A DNA stretch of 60,852 nucleotides from positions 1 through 60,852 of the forward strand of contig MHWN01000025.1 in NCBI GenBank assembly GCA_001825395.1, in the 5' to 3' direction. Source of the stretch: Candidatus Zambryskibacteria bacterium RIFCSPLOWO2_02_FULL_39_26. GTDB lineage: Bacteria > Patescibacteriota > Minisyncoccia > Phycocordibacterales > DATDWN01. The notes under the pieces were generated by a model. It had not been told where the DNA came from and did no database searches. It was given only the letters and a program-made list of their open reading frames with translations. This document shows, piece by piece, positions 54,785 to 60,852 of the stretch; position 1 is the first letter of the stretch; every line of letters begins with the position of its first letter. Both the position numbers and the translations under genes were made by a program.

Positions 54785-57136
54785 TTAAGCCTTAACTTGG
54801 GCGTCAATAGCCACAAAGTCCACCTCACACACCCCACCAATACAAGCCAACTCCTTGGCTCCATTCGTCTCATCACTCTTTTCATAGAGCAATAATTTTG
54901 AAAAATCAATGTGATTTAAGGCCTTAGTGCGTTTCTCATATTCTTCCTTGGTAATTTCTTCATAAGGGGCTAGTTGGTAAATATGGTCGTTTCGCGGCAA
55001 GAAAGACAGTCCTCCGATAATGTCCCAGTTTTTATAAACAAAATCAGCCACGGCAATCCACTCATCATCTCCGACATAAATAGTGGATGACGGATTATGT
55101 TCTGTGAAGTTAACTTTCAGTCGTTTCCATTCATGAAGCAATTCCAAAGCGGTGACATCTTTGTTGACCATCGCTCCTTCCGGCGCCTTACATGGAAATT
55201 CCAAAACCATTTTTGATGCGCTGGCGGTTGAATAGCCCACTTCAGGTTTGACCGTCACGCCCTGATCTTGAGCTAATTTCAAAAGCGGGTCATTTACCGA
55301 AATTCTGACACGGCGAATAAAGTAATGCGAGTACCATGTGTGCATTCCGGAACCAACGCCTAAAAGTTGCCCAGAGTTGCCGTGCGGCTTGACGCAAGTT
55401 ATGGCCGTAGATTCCTTTGAGCCAAATCGTTTGGCATATTTTTTATTTGTTTTGATGGCCTCGGCCCGAAGAATTTGTAAATTTCTGTCATCCCTAACAA
55501 TTTTATTGTCATAATAACCGGTGATGGAAACTCCAAGAAGCTGTTCTTTTTGACAATTTTTTTTCCACTCTTTTGAAAGATATTCAAAATTAGTTAAGGT
55601 AGCCTGATATGTTCCCAAAAGGGTGGCTAAACGCATTTTTGATTTGAGAGTTTCCATCGTATCGTGAGGACGAACGACAATAGAAGTAAGATTGCAAAAT
55701 TGTTTTGATTGAAGATAAATCTCTCCGCACGGATTCATCCCCGGTTGTTTAGCTTTCCTTAAATATTCCCATCGGCGTTTTGGAACTTGGGTTTCTAAAC
55801 CGGCCCGATTGAAAATTCCTCTTTCACCGGCATGCGAAGTAACCAGAGCGGTCCATTCCTGCAAAAATTCTTCGGCGGTCGGCTTGTTTTCATAGACAGC
55901 AGAATTGTTGGCCATGGAACGCTGACCTTCGGTTTGCCAAAAAGCCCCTTTTTTGGCATCGCGCATTTCAGTATCGTCAAAAGCCGAAAGAGAAATGAGA
56001 GCTGAACGGCGCGTCCCGCCAGCATCCACGATAAGTCCGATCTGACAGATAATATCATGTAGATCAAGGGTGGAAAGCCGTCGCCCTTGCTTGGCTAAAA
56101 TCTTTCTTTTGGTAAATTGAAGCAAATCCTGGAGTGGAGCTGGTCCCGAAGCCCGACCGCCCATTGTTTGAAGTTTTGAACCGACTGGGCGAATCAGTGA
56201 ATAGTCAATTTCAACATCCAATCCTTTTTCCCAGGCCTGACAGGCAGAGACAAACGATTCGCACCAACCGACTTTACTGTCAGGAATTTTTATTTTGGGT
56301 GCAAATTTTCCGGTTTGTTTTTGAATTTGAGGAAACTTTCCGACATTTTCCGGTTCAACAGAAAATCCACAACCGGCGCCGCACATAGAAACATACATGA
56401 TTTCGGAAAGATCTCGCCATGATATTGGCGCCACGTATGCGCAGTTATATGCACAAACATTGGTTTGTCGAGCGGCCCTTCCTGATGACCAGAGAAGCCT
56501 CATTGACGGGCAAACTTCCTGATTTAAAATTGCAACTTTGATTTCAGCATATTCAGTTGAAGTTAATTTCGTCCCCATGTTCTCTTTCATGTAATCCATG
56601 AAGCGATCAATTGCTTCAATCCATGTTTCTCTGCGTCCAAGTTCGTTTCGCCATCTTGAATAAAATTGATAGAAAATAAATTCCTGATATGGGGTTTTAA
56701 AATATTTACTGCTTTCGGCAATTTTTATTTTCACCTCCTTTGGAATCATTTCGTTTTGTTGGCGAACTCTTGTGCGTTCAGCTCGATAAAGAATGTAGGC
56801 TTTGGAAGTGTTCACATATTCGGATAAAATCAACTCTTTTTCAACAGAGTCTTGGATTCCTTCAACAGTTGGAACGAAAGTGGAATATTTTTTAGAGATT
56901 CTAATGAGATCAGCCAAAACTTTGTTGGCTATGAGAGAAGCTTCATACTCTGATCCTTCATTGGCCGCCCTCATGGCCTTCCAAATGGCATTTATAATTT
57001 TTTTTATGTCAAAAAGAGTAATTTCACCAGTTCGTTTCTGAATACTTTTTATCATTAGTGGATTTTCGGAATTTGCAACAGAAGTCGTTTCGACTTTTTT
57101 TTGTGATTTTCGCGATTTTTTGATGAACTTCGGCAT
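54785..57136 (-). CDS. nrdJ: Class II (adenosylcobalamin-dependent) ribonucleotide reductase with an N-terminal ATP-cone
   Basis: ATP-cone-like IQKRTGEITLFDIKKI. RTPR-like blocks YSRWRNELGRRETW, NPCGEI and a C-terminal CIGGVC pair. Confidence 0.8.
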   Translation of the reverse strand: MPKFIKKSRKSQKKVETTSVANSENPLMIKSIQKRTGEITLFDIKKIINAIWKAMRAANEGSEYEASLIANKVLADLIRISKKYSTFVPTVEGIQDSVEKELILSEYVNTSKAYILYRAERTRVRQQNEMIPKEVKIKIAESSKYFKTPYQEFIFYQFYSRWRNELGRRETWIEAIDRFMDYMKENMGTKLTSTEYAEIKVAILNQEVCPSMRLLWSSGRAARQTNVCAYNCAYVAPISWRDLSEIMYVSMCGAGCGFSVEPENVGKFPQIQKQTGKFAPKIKIPDSKVGWCESFVSACQAWEKGLDVEIDYSLIRPVGSKLQTMGGRASGPAPLQDLLQFTKRKILAKQGRRLSTLDLHDIICQIGLIVDAGGTRRSALISLSAFDDTEMRDAKKGAFWQTEGQRSMANNSAVYENKPTAEEFLQEWTALVTSHAGERGIFNRAGLETQVPKRRWEYLRKAKQPGMNPCGEIYLQSKQFCNLTSIVVRPHDTMETLKSKMRLATLLGTYQATLTNFEYLSKEWKKNCQKEQLLGVSITGYYDNKIVRDDRNLQILRAEAIKTNKKYAKRFGSKESTAITCVKPHGNSGQLLGVGSGMHTWYSHYFIRRVRISVNDPLLKLAQDQGVTVKPEVGYSTASASKMVLEFPCKAPEGAMVNKDVTALELLHEWKRLKVNFTEHNPSSTIYVGDDEWIAVADFVYKNWDIIGGLSFLPRNDHIYQLAPYEEITKEEYEKRTKALNHIDFSKLLLYEKSDETNGAKELACIGGVCEVDFVAIDAQVKA

Positions 57137-57321
57137 GATTTTGTCTAAAAATTAAACTTTTTTCTAATAAAAACAAAAAAATTAAAACTTCCTATTTCGT
57201 ATGTTAATTGTACTCCAACCACTAACAAAAAACCTGTGGATAACCATTTAAAAAAAATCAAGTAATGAAAAACTTTTTATGTAAAGGAGAGTATTTGAAA
57301 AATCTTATCTCTTATACCTTT

Positions 57322-57783
57322 TTAGTCGGATTTTTTCCAGAATTTTGTCTTATCTCCAATTTGAATTCCGAGTTTTTGGACCTGACCAGCCGAAATTTCC
57401 AAAACATACAAAGAATTGGACTCCGGAGTAAAAATTTTTGGATAAGTTTGAGGAGAAACTGATTTTTCAACGTGAATAATTTTGAAATTTTGGTCAAACC
57501 AGATTATATCTATCGGAAAAAGCATATCTTTCATCCAAAAACCATATTTATCCGGTTTTTGGAAAACAAAAAGCATTCCCTGATCTTCATCAAGCGACAT
57601 TCTGCCTGACAAACCTTTGCTTAAAAGATAGTTAGTGTCAACCACATCTACTTCAAATACTCTTCCAGCCAAAATTACTTCAGATTTATAAGTTTTGGTG
57701 GAAAAAAAGGCAATTATACCGACAAAAATCAGAATGGAAACAAAAATCCAGATAAATCTTTTGACTAGCCTGTGGTGGAACAT
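57322..57783 (-). CDS. DUF192 protein, membrane-anchored
   Basis: GLSGRMSLDEDQGMLFVF and FWMKDMLFPIDIIWFD. Start moved to MFHHRL because the upstream codons lie in the TIR element. Confidence 0.8.
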   Translation of the reverse strand: MFHHRLVKRFIWIFVSILIFVGIIAFFSTKTYKSEVILAGRVFEVDVVDTNYLLSKGLSGRMSLDEDQGMLFVFQKPDKYGFWMKDMLFPIDIIWFDQNFKIIHVEKSVSPQTYPKIFTPESNSLYVLEISAGQVQKLGIQIGDKTKFWKKSD

Positions 57784-57805
57784 ATATATAATTGTATCAC
57801 GAGAT

Positions 57806-57950
57806 TTATTCATCCGCACACTAAGTCTGCCATCGTCCTGCTTTTTCAGAAAAGAAAAACCCATTATTTATTACATCTACAATATTTACGTTAAAGATAA
57901 ATATGATAACAGAACATAAAAAGCAATGGCGGACTTAGTGTGTGAATAAA
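57806..57950. repeat. MITE-like element with terminal inverted repeats, copy 2
   Basis: tttattcatccgcacactaagtctgccat and atggcggacttagtgtgtgaataaa. Same TIR family as 24928..25068. Confidence 0.8.
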
Positions 57951-57954
57951 CAGC

Positions 57955-57984
57955 AAAAAATCCGCTTTTTTTGCGGATTTTTTG
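57955..57984. terminator. Bidirectional terminator hairpin
   Basis: aaaaaatccgc-ttttttt-gcggatttttt, downstream of the RRM gene. Confidence 0.75.
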
Positions 57985-58016
57985 TTTATTTGGAAAATTA
58001 ATCTTTAATGATTAAA

Positions 58017-58328
58017 TTACCATGTGCGACCTCCTCGGTCACCACCCCGGTTGAAACCTCCTTCTCTTGGAGCTCTTGGTTCCATTGGACGAGCTTCATT
58101 TACTGTAAGCTTTCGTCCATCAAGTTCCTGGCCATTCCATTTTGCAATTGCTTTTTCGGCATCTGCATCGTTAGCCATTTCGACGAAACCGAATCCTTTT
58201 GATCGGCCTGTCATCTTGTCCATAATAATAGTAGCAGAAACAACTTCTCCTACTTGTGCGAAAGCGTCCCTTAGTCCACCATCATTGGTAGTATAAGAAA
58301 TACCTCCAACATATAACTTCTTTGCCAT
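58017..58328 (-). CDS. RRM-type RNA-binding protein with an RGG tail
   Basis: RNP2 LYVGGISY, RNP1 KGFGFVEM and a C-terminal GGFNRGGDRGGR. Confidence 0.9.
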   Translation of the reverse strand: MAKKLYVGGISYTTNDGGLRDAFAQVGEVVSATIIMDKMTGRSKGFGFVEMANDADAEKAIAKWNGQELDGRKLTVNEARPMEPRAPREGGFNRGGDRGGRTW

Positions 58329-58501
58329 TATTTTTGAGAATTTATTAAACTCTCTACCTAGTCTTTATTTTAAAACTGTAAGGCGACTAGCTCTCTCATT
58401 TTTCAAAGCTTGCGCCACGAAAACCTACGAGATACTTACATTAACATCAGTATACTCTATATGAATAAATAAGTCAACTTCTTTAATTTAATTAAACTTC
58501 T

Positions 58502-58591
58502 TGGCGGAAGAGGTGAGATTTGAACTCACGATGGATTTTACCCCATGCCGGTTTTCGAAACCGGTGCATTAAACCACTCTGCCACTCTTCC
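58502..58591 (-). tRNA. tRNA-Ser (anticodon CGA), long variable arm, CCA encoded
   Basis: The minus strand reads ggaagagtggcagagtggtttaatgcaccggtttCGAaaaccgg...gttcaaatctcacctcttccgcca. Confidence 0.88.
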
Positions 58592-58635
58592 AGGATTTCA
58601 ATATATCACAAACTCGTATATTATTGTCTTTGAAT

Positions 58636-58706
58636 GCGGGCATGGTTCAGTGGTAGAACGTGGCCTTCCCAAGGCTAAAACAGGGTTTCGATTACCCTTG
58701 CCCGCA
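58636..58706 (+). tRNA. tRNA-Gly (anticodon CCC), CCA not encoded
   Basis: gcgggca tg gttcagtggtagaac g tggcc ttCCCaa ggcta aaac agggtttcgattaccct tgcccgc a. Confidence 0.88.
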
Positions 58707-58708
58707 CA

Positions 58709-59824
58709 TTATTCCAAAACTTTTGTTTCAAGCGTTGGTAAAACTGCTGAACGAATTATATTGAATCGTAGACGCCCTATGACTTGTCCGCCTTCCGTTA
58801 AAACATTTACTCGCCATTTACCTGAAGAGAGATTGTTTTTTATTGAAAATGTTCTGAACCCGCCGTCTCTTCCGCCAAAGACTGGCAGAGAAATTTTATC
58901 AAAATCTTCCCAACTATTTACATTTGGATTGAAATATTGCCACTCATGAATAATAGTAAGATTCAAACCTGTCGGAGAAAAAATAGCGCTGTATATATAA
59001 ACTGAACTCTCCCCATAAACATGAAAGTTTGTGTATATCTTAAAATAAGATTTCCAACCAATATTTTCATACTGTCCAATATAACCTTGTTCGTTTCTCT
59101 CAATTAAATGATAAACACCAGAATCTTTCAAAGATATTGGGATCGGCGGAATAAGATTGGCAAAATAAAAAATATTTATGGCCAAATATATGCCAAGTAT
59201 GGAGAAAGAAACCATTTTGTTATGTTTGTAAAATTTTTCCCCGCTAAAGTTAGCAAAGATGTGGAGATACCCAAGCATTATGGCAAGACTCAAAAACCCG
59301 GCCAAAACAAATACGCCTCCGCCCATTCGGCGTATTACCACTGGCACAAGATATATGAGAAAAGAAAATAGCGATAAGAAAAAAAGAGACAGCTGAAAAG
59401 TTGCTCGGACATAATGCCGCTTCAGTGATTCATTGGCCCAGAAAGCCAAACCGAGAAGGAGAATGAAGGGCCAGCTGGATGATAACTCGGCACTGCGAAA
59501 ATAAAAAACAAGAAAAACCGATAACAGTCCTCCAAAAAAGAATTGCAAAATGTTCACCAGCCAAAAGTGAGTTTTTTCCGGATTAGTTTCATCTCCTGGT
59601 TCATTTTCTATGGAGTGAACGAGGATGATACAAACACCAACCACAATAATGTGGCCAAGAATCCATAAATTCTCCCAGAACATATCCACCCTTTTCAAAG
59701 TCAAAGCGTCAAAAACGAATCCGCCGATAAGAGAGAGGGAGGAGATCGGCCGCTCAAACTTTCCATACCAAGTAGTCACTTTTTTTGGATTTATCCTGCT
59801 CTTGATTTTGCTAAGTATTGCCAT
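58709..59824 (-). CDS. Multi-pass membrane protein with a C-terminal soluble domain (possibly DUF2914-like)
   Basis: About 7 TM helices followed by a beta-rich domain of about 110 aa. Family assignment is tentative. Confidence 0.45.
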   Translation of the reverse strand: MAILSKIKSRINPKKVTTWYGKFERPISSLSLIGGFVFDALTLKRVDMFWENLWILGHIIVVGVCIILVHSIENEPGDETNPEKTHFWLVNILQFFFGGLLSVFLVFYFRSAELSSSWPFILLLGLAFWANESLKRHYVRATFQLSLFFLSLFSFLIYLVPVVIRRMGGGVFVLAGFLSLAIMLGYLHIFANFSGEKFYKHNKMVSFSILGIYLAINIFYFANLIPPIPISLKDSGVYHLIERNEQGYIGQYENIGWKSYFKIYTNFHVYGESSVYIYSAIFSPTGLNLTIIHEWQYFNPNVNSWEDFDKISLPVFGGRDGGFRTFSIKNNLSSGKWRVNVLTEGGQVIGRLRFNIIRSAVLPTLETKVLE

Positions 59825-59830
59825 AAGATT

Positions 59831-60757
59831 TTATATTCCACACAATTCTTTCACCGCCTTGATATCGTTTGAAGTCAATTTTTCGTTGTAACCGTTGTTT
59901 AATCTGTACATTATGGCTTTCGGATCTTCCAAGTGCTCCAATCCCAAGGCGTGTCCAAACTCATGGGCCAAGACTCTGACAAGTTTGCTTTTATTTTCAA
60001 ATTGATAAATATAAATCTCCTGTCCATCCGGACCAGTCTTGTAAAGGCCTTCGTCAAATTCCTCTCCAAGATTTTGGCCAATGGTGTTATATTTTTTAAC
60101 ATCCAAATTCAAGCTACTGGCCAAATTATTCAAACTTTTAACCATCGTGTTAAGTTCCACTACCTTGTTATTTAAACTGTTTTGTAAAACGTTTAACTCG
60201 CTGGCTTCTTGGTTTAAATAATTTTTTTCTACGTTCAAGCGAGTATATGTTTCTTTATTGGCTTTGCCAGTTCTGTTTATTTTGGAAACTTCCGTTTCAT
60301 AAGCATTTTTACGAGTCTCAAAAGCCGAGACTCTTGATTCAAATAAAACTTTGGCTTTTTCATAATCTGCATTTAACGACTCATACTGTAACTTCAGTGA
60401 ATCGTAATAGCTTTTTGTATTTTCCACCGAGGTACCCAAGTTTTTCAAATTGACGGTTGCTTCCTGACGAATATCGTAAATTAAATTTATTTTAAGATTT
60501 CCCGTATCTTTGTACTCAAACAAATTTTTACCAACCGGTTTCTCCCAAATATCTTCTGCACTTTTGACGACCGAAAGAAAATCGGCTTTTGATATGCCGA
60601 ATCGAGTATCAAATGTGCCAATACTGTAACTGATTGCCGTTTTGCATGGAAAATAATTTGCAAGCGTCTGCGACCAGACGTTTCGCAAAGTATCCCTGTA
60701 AATAAAACCGGCTGTTATAATTGCTATTAAAAAAATAATGTTCCAAAATTTATTCAT
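59831..60757 (-). CDS. Matrixin-type (M10) zinc metalloprotease with an N-terminal TM helix and coiled coil
   Basis: HEFGHALGLEH and an IMY Met-turn. Start moved to MNKFWNIIF because the upstream codons are the tRNA-Ser gene. Confidence 0.85.
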   Translation of the reverse strand: MNKFWNIIFLIAIITAGFIYRDTLRNVWSQTLANYFPCKTAISYSIGTFDTRFGISKADFLSVVKSAEDIWEKPVGKNLFEYKDTGNLKINLIYDIRQEATVNLKNLGTSVENTKSYYDSLKLQYESLNADYEKAKVLFESRVSAFETRKNAYETEVSKINRTGKANKETYTRLNVEKNYLNQEASELNVLQNSLNNKVVELNTMVKSLNNLASSLNLDVKKYNTIGQNLGEEFDEGLYKTGPDGQEIYIYQFENKSKLVRVLAHEFGHALGLEHLEDPKAIMYRLNNGYNEKLTSNDIKAVKELCGI

Positions 60758-60842
60758 GGCGGAAGGGACAGGAGTCGAACCTGCAAGAGCTTTCGCTCGC
60801 TCGCTTTCCAAGCGAGTACCTTACCATTCGGTACACCCTTCC
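60757..60842 (-). tRNA. tRNA-Ser (anticodon GGA), long variable arm, CCA encoded
   Basis: The minus strand reads ggaagggtgtaccgaatggtaaggtactcgcttGGAaagcgag...caggttcgactcctgtcccttccgcca. Confidence 0.88.
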
Positions 60843-60852
60843 ATTTAATTTT

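Overview
AT-rich, gene-dense window; by eye the GC content is in the high 30s percent (not computed). Most genes are housekeeping genes on the minus strand: typA, truB, hisS, uppP, the dnaG-rpoD pair, rpoB-rpoC, lexA, thrS, gyrB, pheS, tsf-rpsB, prfA, rpmE, rplY, fba, split transketolase, rpe, rpiB, gap, a class II RNR and four tRNAs. Domain-trimmed aminoacyl-tRNA synthetases, the split tkt and the near absence of Shine-Dalgarno (SD) motifs on native genes fit a reduced-genome bacterium of the CPR/Patescibacteria type (inference). The main finding is a complete diversity-generating retroelement (DGR) at about 50.6-53.3 kb. It has a DGR-type reverse transcriptase, an Avd-like four-helix-bundle gene in inverted orientation, a 129-nt template repeat (TR), and a matching variable repeat (VR) at the C-terminus of a 241-aa target ORF. 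All 11 TR/VR mismatches fall on TR adenines. The TR and target gene are clearly GC-richer than the RT and avd. An 11-C homopolymer sits in the RT/avd divergent region. Secondary findings: (1) a roughly 200-nt structured repeat, three copies, each 2-10 nt after a stop codon, with compensatory hairpin changes; (2) a family of imperfect palindromic repeats, one of them inserted in-frame in uppP; (3) an AT-rich palindromic cassette that fills intergenic gaps; (4) a repeat bounded by 22-bp terminal inverted repeats (TIR); (5) two small regulator genes each bracketed by two copies of its own perfect palindrome; (6) a mitochondrial-type monomeric PheRS, a ThrRS without editing domain and a HisRS without anticodon-binding domain; (7) three GC-rich orphan genes with canonical SD sites. 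No CRISPR array, rRNA or transposase gene was seen.
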